From: Thalia democratica
Lineage: Eukaryota
Assembly (NCBI GenBank): GCA_965202585.1
Contig: OZ241827.1
Span: forward strand, 63,054,001 to 63,118,000
Reading direction: 5' to 3'
DNA length: 64,000 bases
Below the pieces are notes generated by a model, which did not search any database, was not told where the DNA came from, and saw nothing but the letters and a program-made list of their open reading frames with translations. The position numbers and the translations under genes were made by a program. This document shows positions 26,501 through 38,740 of the stretch, in pieces; position 1 is the stretch's first letter, and each line of letters starts with the position of its first letter.

Positions 26501-29500
26501 TAGAACAAATAAATAAGGGTTGCTAAATGTTCTTGCAAATTTTCTCCAGATTTTTAAATTACACGTTTTAGGATCTATTTTATGTTTAAAATTAAGTTTA
26601 AGGTAAAAAACTGTGGTAAATAGTGTAATGACATTGATAAGATATCTTACAGCTTGAAAAAAAAACAAATGATGAAAATTTTTATTTCATCTATATGCTA
26701 AATTTTTTGTGTTAAACCGAAATTTTACTACTTAACATGTAAAAATCATAAAAATTCCAAGTTTCTTAGTGATTTTTGTTTAAAATTCTAGATTATTTAT
26801 TAATTTCTCAAATTCCAGGTTTTTTGCCTAAATTTTCAAATCCTAGGTTTATTCAGGATTTAAGTTTTTATCGAAACCCTGTTATAATGTACTATTAATG
26901 TACGTATTAATTAAACATATACACACTTTTGTCTTTTCCAAAAGTAAGTTGCTTTTTTGGTAGTGGCCATATAAAAACTATGTTATAAATTTGAATTTAC
27001 CAAATTCGAATAGTTGTGCACTATGTACTATATGCAAAATCTAGGTTTTTAATAAAAAAAAAAACAAAGTGAAAGAGCTATCAAAGTGCATCATTAAAAC
27101 AATTCTTATCTAATAATTTTTACATAGTTTGATCACAGCAAGTTGATCATCAGACCACAAGCCTTCAGTAGACTGAAATAAGTTTCATCCTTATTAGGAT
27201 TCCTCAACTGAATTGTAAACATTATAGAGCTTGTCTCATTGCAAACGAAAATAAAGGCTTCGGCTATGTAGATTTTTACCAATGTTTTCGTTGATCTCAT
27301 AGGTTTTGATCAACTGTTTTAAAAATGATAGCTTGAAAAAACAAATGTAATTTGAAGTTATTTTCAAGTATTTTTCAATGAATATATGAAAACTTGTATA
27401 AAATTTAAATATAATAATTATATGATTTTAATATAAATTTTGTTTCTGTAATTTAATTCCTCCTAAATTATTTTTTCTAGCATAATTTGTTTTCAACCTT
27501 GTAACAAAACTTACTTTTAAACACATTTAATAAATCAAAACACAAAGGAGAATATTTACACGGAAACACGGAGCACCAAAGCACTTTTGCACAGAGGGGC
27601 ATTTTTGCACTAGGATAAAAAATAATAATAATAAATTTTCAAATAAAATGAAGAAAAGAGTTAAGTTACCAACCAAGGGTAAGGATTAGGGACAACATTT
27701 GTGGTAAAAATTAGACTAACAAAAAAATAAAACATATATCAAAAAAAAAAATCAACTCGTGTAAAAGTGACTTCATGCAAAAGCGACCCTTTATACATAT
27801 TTGACTCCTACCCATATACACGTACCTGTCTGCTTCAACGCTCAGTATCTGTTCATATTGATGCATCTTAGCCCTCAACATTTGGTTCTCGTTTCTAACT
27901 TTTCGTTTTTCCTTTTCAACATTGTTTTCTCTCAGCTTGAGACGAGCGTTTTCTGTGCTCTCCTTGTCAATCTTCTTCTTCGGCTGAGATAAAAGCTGTG
28001 AGGCTGTGTTTGAGGCATAGGCTCTATCTGCGTGAATTTAAAAATTTTGATGTCCATGTAAAAACTATGATAATCTCAATCTTAAACTTGTGCTGTATAT
28101 GCATAAAGTCAGAAGACTTTTAGTTTAATTTCAACTTTTGAGTTCGCTTTTTAACACTGTTAAGCAATTTTCTGGTTCTAAACCAAATAGTAAAATTTAG
28201 ATTTAAAGGAAAATAAACGTTTCTTTTGTGTTTAACATTTGATTCAAAAATTTCTATACTAAAATTTACTGAAGTGATTTTTACACTTGGAATAAGCGAA
28301 AAGCAAAAATCTATTTAAATAATAGAAATCTTGATGGATAAGAAAAATTATTAATAAATAAGCACCATACTTATAAAAGAATGGATATTCAGTTATGTTA
28401 GACAAAAATAATTACGAGCTATAGAACATATAATAAGAAAAATTAGATTTAGCAAACAAGTTCTATGCAGTACAAACAGTTTTATAGAATTATTTTAAAA
28501 AGAGTAAGTTTAAAAAAAACAATAATTAATTAATCATTTTTTCCTAAAAGATAAACTACCTTCCTGTTTCAGGTCTACTCCTAAGCTTTCCATTATAAGA
28601 TATTTACTTCTAAACTTGTCTAGAAAAGTTAGAAAATTAGAGTATATAACGTATTATTGTTATATTAATTATTTACCTTATAGTTAAAACAAAGAGAAAT
28701 ATATGGTAAAACACAAAAGGTTTTCAGTACTAAAACAGATTTAGGTAATTAAAGTTTTAATGGACTTTAAGATAATTTAACAAGGTTCCAACTAAAGCTT
28801 TGAAAAATCATTGTGGTGAAAAGTAATACTTTGGTGTATACTGTTCCATTAAAACTAAAAACTACTTATTAGAAGGTACTGTTTAATAATAATTAAATAT
28901 TTTTAATCAGCTTCTTCTTACAGCCAATGTGCACACTAGGATGTATTTACTAACTAGTTCACAGCGTACATAAACTTGAATGAGCTTTTAAACTACTAAT
29001 TTAGTTAAAGAGATTTTTTTTCATATGTCTTTGAAACCATGTTTATGATAGTTTTTAATATTGCCTTCAAGTTTTTTGCTGATTTTTTTGTTCGTCTAGC
29101 AATCTTTGCAAAAACACATTCTAAATTTTCAGACGATCTGAAATAAATTACATGGAAACATTTTTAGATTTTCTGTTAACTTATTATACTTTAAAGTTTT
29201 TTGGGAAAGACAAAAAGTGTCTGTATGAAACTTTCTTTAATTCGTCTGAAAATGTGTAGAACGTGTTTTTGTAAAGATTGCTACTTATACAAACTCTAAA
29301 ACCTGTAGAAACCACTTTGGGAAAGCCTGCTTCAGAGGCTGTTGACCCATCAATTAAACTAAGGGTTGGCAACTCTTAAAATATACAGAATAGTTGTTTC
29401 ATAATATCTAACTTTTTACTTTAAATATCAAATATAATTTTTTCAAGTAACATATGGGTGTCAAAGGGTGGTACAGACAGTTAGAAACAGATTTTTTAAA

Positions 29501-32500
29501 GTTCTGAGGTTGTAAATATAAAAGCTTGAGTTTGGCTATAAAACAAAACTATGTTTATCTAAAGCTAGTGATTTGAAAAAATTGTTCTAACTTTCTAAGC
29601 AGAGCTCCCCAGTATACTTTTTTTAGTTGTTTTTTTTTCAGAAAATTAAAAATGATCCCTTACTTATTATAAAACCAAAAATATATACTGTACATGTCAA
29701 AATTTTGTAAATGTACATAAGACCTTTTTGTTTTTTTTTACAAACCTAAGAAAAACTAAAGCAGTAACCTTCACATTAATTGAGATCAGAGCACCAGAAA
29801 CTGGAAAACCTGTGCAACACAAACACAAATATTTTTTTTGTTTTACATTTCAAACCCAAGTGCAAGATAGTGCTTAGTTATTGTCCAAAATTTCAAAATT
29901 CTCTCTTTTACCCTCAACCTTAAATACCCATAAAGGATCAATATTGCTACATTAAAAAAATTCAGTTTAGTACACTCCTTGTAAACCAATATGTCCAAAA
30001 AAAATATTTTTCTTAATCTTTCTAGAGAATTGTAGCCAAAAAAATTTTAAGTTCAACCCAATTATTAGAAATTTTTCTTACTGTTACTTTAACTAGAGTA
30101 AACTGCAGCACACAAGCAAATGGGGTTCACAAATAAATTGTTAAGGGAAAATGCTTTTTAGCTAAAGATTACTGTAGAAGAAGCAACTTTAATCCTATTC
30201 ATAAAAAAAATGAGTGTGCAATTTTTTTTTGCTATAGAGTAACTGGACTGTATGCTTTTTTATACTCATTACATTTCTATATGAACTTATTATTGTAATA
30301 GTTGAAAAGACTGCCATATAACAATTTTGTACTTGTTTTTGTTTAGAAACTGAAAATATCAATTGAACTGTTAGCACTTATAATATTAGTGTGTGACTTT
30401 TTAATATCTTTGTAACCTATGGATGTAGGTAACTTAATTAAACTTAATTTGTACTAAATGATGATACTCAACTAAATAAAGATGGTTACTCAATATAAAG
30501 CATGACATGAACAAAAATATTTTATTTAAGATCAATTGCAAACACTTAGAAATATATAAAGCTCCTCATACTTTAGAAAATACTTGGAATGTCAAAACTT
30601 TCAAACAAGAATTAATTTAACAGGAATGTACTTTAAAAATGTATATAACAAATTAAGATTTAACTATCTAGGAATTAAAAAGATTTAATATAAAAAGTGA
30701 CATTAGTAGAAAAATACTTAAAATAATACAAAAAAACAATATAAATGTATTTTATAAAATAAAATGTTTACAAGAGCAGGCTATGGTTAGAATCTTCCAC
30801 CATTTTCTGTCACTAGTCTATATAGCAACGTTCTTAACTTTATGCAGCATTACATCAGAAATTTCTTGTCTGCTTTTTATTTTCTCCTCATCTTAACTGT
30901 AATAATCTTGCATCAGTAAAACACATGACCTTGAGAGCTTTCTCTTAAGCGCTAGAATGAACAATGATTTAAGCTCAAATATAAACAGTAATCAAGTGCA
31001 ACTTGATATTCTGTTATATCTTTCTTAAAATGTCATTTTGACATAAAACTATGCTAATTAATCATAAGTAAAACAAGACTTTTTTTCAGTCAAACTAAAA
31101 ATTATTACGTTACTAAATTACAATTAAGATTTTACAGTATATAAGAACGTATCGTAATTGTATTAAAGAAAGTAAAATAACAAATAAATATTAAAAGCAT
31201 TACATAAGATAATTATTGTCTTGAGTTTGTACCTTAAATAAAGCCGGATTTAAAACGGGGAGTTTGGTCTCAAGTAACTGTAACCGATTTTTTCTCACAA
31301 AACGGCTAACTTCAATATCGTAAAAGTCTATAGTATTATAAAAAAAATATAGAATTTTCCAAGACATAAAAAAAATTTATTAAAGTTATTATTTCTGTTG
31401 AATTAGTTAAGGATGTAAAGTATAGCATCAAGTCTTTGTTTTTCGAAATGAAAGTTCATTAAATAGAAGTGAAAGCTGCTGTTAGTAAGAATTGTGGAAA
31501 GTTTAATCTGGATTTTAGTATCTTTTAAAATGTTTTGAAGCCATTTATTTGAACTATATCTTCCAGACTTAAAATACAATGTGCTAATAGAAACGTGTTT
31601 TTATAACCATCTAGTAGAGAGAAATGTTTACAGTTTGTCATTTTGTTTTTATATTATTTATTTAACATCTGCATCAAAACAGTTTTTAAAATAATACTTT
31701 ATTTATAAATGATACTAATGTAACTTAAATTGTAAAATTTAAATTTAAAAAAATTAAATTCTAATAAAGGCTTCTTAAATAATTTTGCATAAAACTAATT
31801 TTGAGTCTATTTAATTTAAACTGAACCGTTTTCTTTAATGTCTTATTTTTACGGCATCTCTATTAATAATTCAAAATGTTAATTTTAGTTTTTGGTTCAA
31901 TTTTTTAATTAGGAAAATCAATTGTTTTTTTAATACTTGTTCAGTAATACATTTTTTAAAATTGAATCAAAGAAACAGGTTTTTGCATTTTAACTATGAC
32001 GTTTTTTTAAGAAAAAAATAAAAATAATAAGATATAAAAGTTTTTCAAAAGTTAAAAATAAGTTATTTTATTTAAGTTTTAAACTTCCTTTAGAAATTAG
32101 AAATAAAAACTTAATCTAAAGTAGTATTGTTTTTCTTATATTAATGATATTTTATCAAGTACAAGCATATCAGTTTTTAAATTTTGCTCTTTAACTTGCA
32201 CTTGATAACTTACAATTCAGAAGTACTTAAAATTCTTAAAACTAATTAAAAACAACAAGAACAGAGAAATAAGGCAAAATTTAACTGGCTAGATTACTGC
32301 AGTTTGTTTGCAGTAACGTAGTATATAGTGTCTTGTATGACGTAATAATTTAATATGCTGCTTGTAATATGAAACGGCAGAAGAAGAAATAGTTTTGGTA
32401 ATTATTTTCATTTTAAATGAAAAAACAAACGGTTGATGAAGCATTAGGTAAGTAAAGTAGTAACTTATAAAAAATCCAGTAGAAGATCTGCTCAGGCAGC

Positions 32501-33141
32501 TAGTTAACAACTGCAAAAAGCTACATATTTTAGTAGAGGAAACTGCAGAAGTAAACTAGTTTTGTTGCATTTTATCGGTTGCTTCTGTAGTAAGGACAAC
32601 ATAAAACGAAAACAGAAATAAATTTTGATACCTTTTTTTGATCAAATCAAATAAAAGTTAAAAGTCACGATTATGTGTTTTATAGTATGTAAAAACTCTG
32701 AATAAAGAAGGTTTGTAGTAAATGGTTTAAACTTTTTGTAAAGAAAGTACAGACTCCAAAAATTCTAGTCAACACACGACCATGAAGTGGCTACGTTTAT
32801 TTCAAAAGTAATCATTTAAAAAATTCGAATGTCAACTACTTTGATCATTAAGCAACTTTAAACTTATATTAGATCATAAGGAAACACGTTCACTTCGGCT
32901 AAATATATGGTGAGGGAAGAAAATGATGAGACATTAATCTATGACAGCTAAGTTGGATATATTTTAATGAATTAAAAAGATTAAAATACCTGCTCTTTAT
33001 AATTTAATCGAGATCAGTATATTTAACAATTTTTATATTATTTTTTTTAATTGTCCATTTAACAGTTTGTAATAAAAACCATTTAACCTTATTTGTAATA
33101 CAAAATTTACCTCTTTGCTTAGTTGTTCTATAAAGCGACAT
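17424..33141 (-). CDS. Multi-exon C2H2 zinc-finger protein (three C-terminal fingers, N-terminal coiled-coil/zipper-like segment, acidic repeat region)
   Basis: Phase-compatible GT-AG exons on the minus strand: 33141-33111 (MSLYRTTKQR, tentative start), 29374-29303 (tentative), 28027-27826, 26062-25950, 24481-24356, 23959-23507, 23389-23321/23325, [22423-22359 problematic], 22150 or 22085-21882, 21247-21128, 19955-19788 and 17548-17424. The last two exons encode [53 protein letters not shown] and PCDICKKRFTQKCDFKRHLKSRIH. The junctions from 28027 to 23507 and from 21882 to 17424 are clean; the 23.3-22.1 kb junctions are unresolved. Confidence 0.7.
18840..19400 (+). mobile_element. hAT-type transposon 5' remnant with BED-finger-like fragment, interrupted by a MITE
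   Basis: Repeated ATCCGG/CCGGAT subterminal-like motifs at 18846-18890, then LKNHFGIDENSKVNTDGNNLLCRLCLN (BED-like HFG...CxxC), cut by the 18983-19196 insertion. Confidence 0.4.
18983..19196. mobile_element. MITE with hAT/Charlie-like terminal inverted repeats
   Basis: Left end aagggtttgccaaac, right end tttgggaaaccctg (reverse complement cagggtttcccaaa), length 214 bp. The flanking 8-mers gcttgaat and gcttttac match only partly. Confidence 0.55.
19578..19644 (-). pseudogene. Decayed tandem duplicate of the second zinc-finger exon end
   Basis: An identical 22-mer aaattaccagtatgagtcctgt occurs at 19571-19592 and 19781-19802, including the splice donor. It translates NICYFKGYLY*HHMKRHYRTHTG versus [21 protein letters not shown] in the intact exon. 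Confidence 0.6.
19788..19955 (-). CDS. Exon encoding C2H2 fingers 1 and 2
   Basis: ataacag| ... |gtaatt, 168 nt, phase 1-1, with two canonical C-x2-C-x12-H-x3/4-H motifs. The plus-strand ORF 19792-19980 is its antisense shadow. Confidence 0.9.
22733..22944. mobile_element. MITE with CAGGGTTGCCAAA inverted termini and a 7-bp target-site duplication (P-superfamily-like)
   Basis: Termini cagggttgccaaa (22733) and tttggcaactctg (ending 22944), flanked on both sides by tatgtat. Length 212 bp. Confidence 0.75.
23611..23735 (-). repeat. 27-bp coding tandem repeat (LNDSNVERT) x about 4.5
   Basis: gttctttccacgtttgaatcgttcaaa occurs exactly at 23611, 23638 and 23665 and in degenerate form at 23692 and 23719, inside exon 23959-23507. 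Confidence 0.9.
24503..25660. mobile_element. About 1.15-kb foldback element (long inverted arms, short spacer) in an intron
   Basis: The left arm (about 24503-25065) and right arm (about 25105-25660) are reverse-complement related along their length. Examples: cttgaaagc..ttccaaact.aagaccc at both ends, and catacaagttttacctaaa / tttaggtaaaacttgtatg flanking the centre. No coding capacity was seen. Confidence 0.75.
27575..27790. mobile_element. Small MITE-like element with (a/c)ttttgcac subterminal repeats
   Basis: gcacttttgcac..catttttgcac at the left end and gtgtaaaagtgac..tgcaaaagcgaccc at the right end are in inverted orientation. Internal agggtaaggattaggg. Confidence 0.4.
29097..29284. 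repeat. Inverted repeat/MITE of about 190 bp
   Basis: tagcaatctttgcaaaaacacattcta..ttttcagacga (29097-29136) matches the reverse complement of 29240-29284 (tagcaatctttacaaaaacacgttcta..ttttcagacga). Confidence 0.6.
32380..32560 (-). pseudogene. Possible decayed rhodopsin-class GPCR TM6-TM7 fragment
   Basis: One frame reads LFAVVN*LPEQIFYWIFYKLLLYLPNASSTVCFFI*NENNYQNYF, resembling FxxCWLP...LxYxNSxxNxxIY...NxNF with stops at the W and Y positions. The resemblance is by eye only. Confidence 0.3.
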
Positions 33142-36100
33142 ATGTTTGTACAGTTGAGTTCTTTAGTTTTGCTAGCTTTAAACAAGCTTTCATTAGAATT
33201 TTAAGACGGTATAAAATCAGTTTATTTAAACACCTGATTTCAAAAGAACTAATTTGATTTAGATAAGGGCATAAGGAAGATTCTACTAAAAAACATTGGC
33301 CCTTATATGAAAGCTTAAAATACAAACTACAAACCAGTTTTTTTAGAATTAAATAGTATTTTCTTCTAAATTTTTGAGATGTCGTAATTTTTGTAAAAAG
33401 TTTCTGATACAAACATACGGATCGCAAATTTTTGACGTCAATTTTGTTGGAAAATTTTTTGGATAAAATCGCTAAAAATCTATCTTTTCCTTCTTTTTTT
33501 TTTTAAACTAGAGACCGCAATTTTTTAGAAAATTACCCCTACATTTTAATAAAATGTTTAACTTTTAAATGTTAGTTATCTAAAACTAAATTTGACAAAC
33601 ATAAAAAAGTATATGAAAAGAATTACTCGAAACTTTTTAAAGTCCTAAGTCATGTTTCCTTATTTTATAAAGATAAGACTGTTATAGTTAAAAGAAAATG
33701 GCTTTAAAAATCTAGAAGAAGATAGATTTTAAATGAAATAGACTTTTATCGCTGTTTTCGTTTTCCATTCCCATTAGGAACCTATTATAAGGCCCGACTT
33801 TGATCAGTCATTACTCAAAACCTTTTTCGTATTTATTTTAACAGTAAAAAGCAACTTAAAGCTTAGTAGTAATTCTATTCTATTCTTACTAGTAATAACA
33901 AGATCAACTTGTAAAAAAACGTGGCTTACCCCTAGAGCATACAGTTGTGAGAATTTGTAAATTTAGTTTTTGTATGAAGTGAAAACTAACCAGCAAGTAT
34001 GATAAAATTGCATTTAACGTATTTAAAAATATGCAATAAAATATATGATAAACAATATAAAATATAGTAATGTATATATAAACGTCTTTGGTGACTGCTA
34101 TTAAAACGTAAAATATCTAAAACGGAAATATTTTTATTTCATATTAAACGATGCTTTAACAATTTTAACTTTTAAAATGACTAAATTACTTATTTCAAGC
34201 CGTAGTAGTTGTGGTTTATAAATTACAACTTAAGTATTAAACAAACAATTTATTTTTTAATAGTTAAAACACATTAATTGTTTTTTAAACGTTCTTAGTT
34301 AATAATCACTAGTTTTACGTCTAATTATGTTTTGAACGTAAAAATTAGTTTATTAAATTTAAAGGTATTAGTCAAAACTTTAAAAGAATTCAAGTAAAGC
34401 TTGTGTTCAATCAAAAAACATTTAAAATTTAACTAATACTTGTAAACATAACTTTATAAAAAAAACCTATTTAAAAAGTTTAAATTGCAGCTAAAGACTG
34501 ATTAGTTTTGTATTCACTATTAACTTGTTTTATTTAAGTGGTTTATAACTATATGCATATTATAAACTGGTCTACACTTTTACTTCACCTCTGAGTATAG
34601 TTCAAAAGTAAAATTCACTATACTAGTTAAAATATTAGTACTTCTCACTAAACATACTTTAACATACTTACAAAAGTGTAAAATAATGTTTAAAACTGTC
34701 AAAAAAACTTATTTAGAAACTTCTGCTACATTTTATTTTTGTTTAAGTATCAAGAGTGGTAAGCTCAAGTTATTGTAGATAAAAACAATTTAAAACAATT
34801 TTATCATAATTAATAAGCATTTGCATTTTAGTTGTATATAAAAACATTTATTTATGTCTAAACTTAAAATTTTTAAATAGTTGTTGAGTCATGCTATTTC
34901 TTAAACAATTTTTAAAGTTAATTTTTGATTTGTAATTCGTAAGTTTAGCTGTCTGATAATTTATTTAATAAAACTTTATATTTAGTTACCAACATTCAAT
35001 GTTTGAAAAAGTACCTAGTTCAATTTTTTATAAAATATGCAACGTTTTAAGAGTTTTTTTATACTGTTAGTCGTACGTTTTTAAGTATTCTTTGTCTTTC
35101 AAAATGCAACAGCTTTTTTATTAAAATGTAAAAAAAGCGAAAAAAAAAGATCAAATTTAGTTACAACTTTTTTTACAAAAAAATGGTTGAAAGGCTGGCT
35201 TTACAGCATTAAACTTATATATACAAGTGAGTGCTAACAGTATTATACAGTAGTCTACTATGTACCCTTTGTATTGTATAGAACATAGATTAGATATAAA
35301 ATGTGGTGTAAATTAACTTAAAACTAATTAATTTATTAATCTTTTAAACAAGATAGCATATAATTGTTGAAATTTACTTAAGCTAGGTAAATTTTATCAG
35401 TTTATTTTTTACTAAACATTAATATGTAGGTAAAACAAACCTTATCGCAAAAAAATAAAATATGTAAAATAAAAAGTGTAAAAAAATTTAAAGTATGTTA
35501 GATAAACTGAAAAGAAAACTAGTCTTACTTAAGAGGTATAAATTATTTTAGTACCTGAAAAAGTAAATAGTTACAAAAATTTACAACTCTAAAAAAATCT
35601 AAACAAGTTAACAACATGTTTGATTGGTATTTATAAAACTTAAAAACATGTTTCTAATGTTAATAGAATACAAATACAACGGTGCTTCAGTGTTCAATTA
35701 TTAATAAAAATACGAATCATACCTCTTAAAGATTATTTGAAAAATAACAGATTATTAAATTGTTTAACTTCAATATTGTTAAATTGAACTGCAAACTTTT
35801 TTTAACTGTTTCAATAAAACGACAAATCAATATATTATTAAACATTATAAACTTTTACTTTGCTTATACGTATAAAACAAAAAATATATAAACTCTTGAA
35901 ATTGTTTCAAAACTAAATATAGTATACATTAATAAACAATTTCTAGAAGGTTGTTTACCTTATGTTTGTTAAATTATACTACCTAAAATTTTTATAAAAA
36001 GTAGTTAAATGTAGGTTTTTATGTACTTCTTAAAGAAAACAATACATGCTAAAACAACTGCACTTTTACGTATTTTTATTGTTTTTATTAAGTGCTTAGT

Positions 36101-37095
36101 TTCGGTGTTATTTATGTATTTTCAAAATATAGTCTCCTTATTTCTAATATACTATTATACATGGTTTAAAATAGCTATTGTAATTATTAATATTATTACT
36201 TTTACTACGTTGAAATTTGAAATAACTAACATGCTAAAAGAAGTTGGTTATTGTATAGGTAGTTTTTATTATAGATTATAAATGGAAAATATTTTAAAAC
36301 TAAGATAATAAATAAAATTCTGAATGAAAACTTTATACTAGTAAAAAAAATAATTCATTTTAATACTTAGAAACATTGTCACTTTAACAAACATCATCAC
36401 TTTAGAGTAATATAAGTTAAAGTTAAGTTTTGATTAGCTAGATATTTTTATAGTTATGAAGAAGATTCTTTTTTTTTGAGATAATATTTGTATTGTTAAA
36501 TGTAAAAAAATTATATTAGTTAAGCTTGTAACCTTCTAGGTCTTAACACTTTTTTTCTATTATTGTTGAAAAGTTTTTGAATATTTTTAACTGCTAAAAT
36601 ATCAGTGAAACCCTCTGCTTAAAAAAATAATTTAAAAAAGTTATGAACTTATAAAACTAATCATGTTAAACAATATTTACCTAAACATTTGTTAATTAAA
36701 TTTTTTTTTATATATTTTCAACTTCAAGAAATTTTTATTGTTAGTTAAGTATATTAGTTAATATTTTTTCAAACTAATTTTTTATGCATTATATACGTAA
36801 AACTAGTAATGTTATTGCAGTTTTATAAGTTTTTAAGTTGTGGTTTGACCAAATATTAAAGTCTTAAACGGTTAGTGTAAAAACTAACTAAAACTAACTA
36901 ATAAAATATATTTATGTATTTATTAAAATATATGTTATATAAAAGCATCATTTAATCTTTCTAAATATAACTTTGCAAAATATAACACTATTTTTACGCC
37001 TATTTGTCAATTAACATTTTCAAAACTTCTATAATTTTTGAGGTTAAATGGAGTTGTTTTTGTCAAGTTCAGAACTAAAATAAACAATGCAATAA

Positions 37096-37995
37096 AGAAA
37101 TCGTTTTGATTTTCCACCAAAAGATTTATATGAAAATAGATATTGCAACCAAGATGATTTCAGTGTTCTAGTTTGTGGAGGAAAGAATAAACTTTATAAA
37201 AATTGGAAAAGTATTTTCAAACTTAATGGTACCGAACTTGAATATAAACATTATGCTCTAATGCCATATGCACGTAATGAATGTAAAGCGGCAGTTATTA
37301 ATTCTGAACTACTTATATTTGGTGGATATTCAAAAAATAATAAACATGAAAAGTCTATTAGTAAATTCTGTAATAAAAATAAAACTTGGTCGTGCAATAC
37401 ACAAATGTATCTAAATGACAAAAAATTTTGTTTGTGTTTTTTCAAGAAAAACTTGTATGTTATTTATGGAACTAGTTTTTGCTTATACAATTTGAAAAAT
37501 GACCGATGGATTCAAAAAACTAAAATGAATCAAACTAGAGATTTTGCAGCTTGTACAGTTTTTGAAGGAAAAATTGTTGTTACTGGAGGTTTAGTATTAA
37601 ATACAGTTGAAGCATATGATTACTATGAAAACAAGTGGACTTATTTACCTGATATGATTGAAAGTAGATATAAACATTCTTCGATTAACATGGGTAACAA
37701 AATGTTTGTTATTAGTGGAGGATACACTGACGGATTAGGTTGTGAAGTATTTGACATTTTTTCCAGAAAGTTTACTTATATTAGTTCTACCACAATAAAA
37801 AATTTTGATTCATCTAACTCTGAAGCTGTGTGTATTGGTGATAAAATTATAGTGCTTAGTAAGTCTAATTATTGGAAATCAAAACATACAAAAATATTTG
37901 TTTATGATGTTACTAATGACCGCTGGTTGGAAAAGAAGATTGATATTGTCAGTAATTTGACTGGTTCAAATTTTATTAAGTACAGTTCAGTTTAA
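37096..37995 (+). CDS. Kelch-repeat beta-propeller (KLHL-type kelch domain); BTB/BACK head not intact in the flank
   Basis: The frame is open for 299 codons, starting 55 codons upstream of the listed ORF (RNRFDFPPKDLYENRYCNQDDFSVLVCGG...). It has about six blades with GG motifs (VCGG, IFGG, VTGG, ISGG) and Y/W motifs (YNLKNDRW, YDYYENKW, YDVTNDRW). The 5' junction is either a weak AG at 37096-97 or a frameshift. Confidence 0.8.
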   Translation, partial: RNRFDFPPKDLYENRYCNQDDFSVLVCGGKNKLYKNWKSIFKLNGTELEYKHYALMPYARNECKAAVINSELLIFGGYSKNNKHEKSISKFCNKNKTWSCNTQMYLNDKKFCLCFFKKNLYVIYGTSFCLYNLKNDRWIQKTKMNQTRDFAACTVFEGKIVVTGGLVLNTVEAYDYYENKWTYLPDMIESRYKHSSINMGNKMFVISGGYTDGLGCEVFDIFSRKFTYISSTTIKNFDSSNSEAVCIGDKIIVLSKSNYWKSKHTKIFVYDVTNDRWLEKKIDIVSNLTGSNFIKYSSV

Positions 37996-38464
37996 AGTTG
38001 AGTAAAGTGCTTCTCTATTTGTGAAATTCATAACTTTTGTTGCGTTTTTACTGTTGTGTTCAGACTGTGTTTACTTTTAAGAAAAATATGTTAGCTGTAT
38101 AATTTATTACTTATTTTCAATTACTGTAATAAATATCACGCCTGTACCATGTTATATTCTTAGAAGTTACTTTAAAAGTTCATGTAATGAGAAGTTTTAG
38201 TCCTTAGTTTATACGTATAAAAGATATTTAAAAAAATTTACGAGAAATGTAGTACCAAACTTTTGAATTATAAAGTAGAAGTATTAAAGTATTTTTATTC
38301 ATTTTCACAGTTGTATTAATTTTAAAACTCATAATTTAACAAAATGCTCAGCAACATGATTGAAAAATTTTTTACTCGTTTCAGCTATAAATATTTCAAA
38401 AGCATAAAATAAAGCGTTATGTACAGTATATAAATTTTCTTAGTGAACTTAACATTTCATTCCT

Positions 38465-38740
38465 CGTGGGCCACATAGGCACGCTCGCTGTTTGCACGTT
38501 TACACTTCATTGCTCGCTGTTTGCCGACCTTTGAGTTAGACCTTAATAAAACTTGAAATTGAATCTAAAGGTAACAGTCTACGTATTTTGCTTATTAAAT
38601 AGCCTAGAGTTATAGTCTTAGTTGATCTCCACACTAGCAAAGTACTTTTACTTTAAACAATTATACTCTAGTCCAGGGATGGCAGGAAATTTGTGCTCGC
38701 GGGCAATTTTCCAAGTTTCCGAAATTCGTGGGCCACAATT
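38465..38740. mobile_element. Fragments of hAT/Charlie-type MITE ends
   Basis: A right-end-like gtgggccaca..tttgccgacctttg (38465-38533) and a left-end-like cagggatggcag..ctcgcgggc..gtgggccaca (38673-38740), in non-paired order. Confidence 0.35.

Noticed and set aside
27090-27310. Coding-like segment on the minus strand (LIKTYEINENIGK...TEGLWSDDQLAVIKLC)
   Set aside because: Multiple stops in every frame. It is probably TE debris but the family is not recognisable.
29184-29302. Extension of track ORF 29184-29372 beyond the donor at 29302
   Set aside because: It runs into an inverted-repeat element (29097-29284), so it is treated as intron.
30780-30960. Possible LINE C-terminal relic (…VKNVAI*TSDRKWWK)
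   Set aside because: Only a DR..W-like motif; too little to support a call.
33128-33427. 99-aa track ORF and nearby TGACGTCA (CRE) palindrome at about 33433
   Set aside because: The ORF has AT-rich non-coding composition and overlaps the presumed 5' UTR in another frame. A single 8-mer is not enough to call a promoter.
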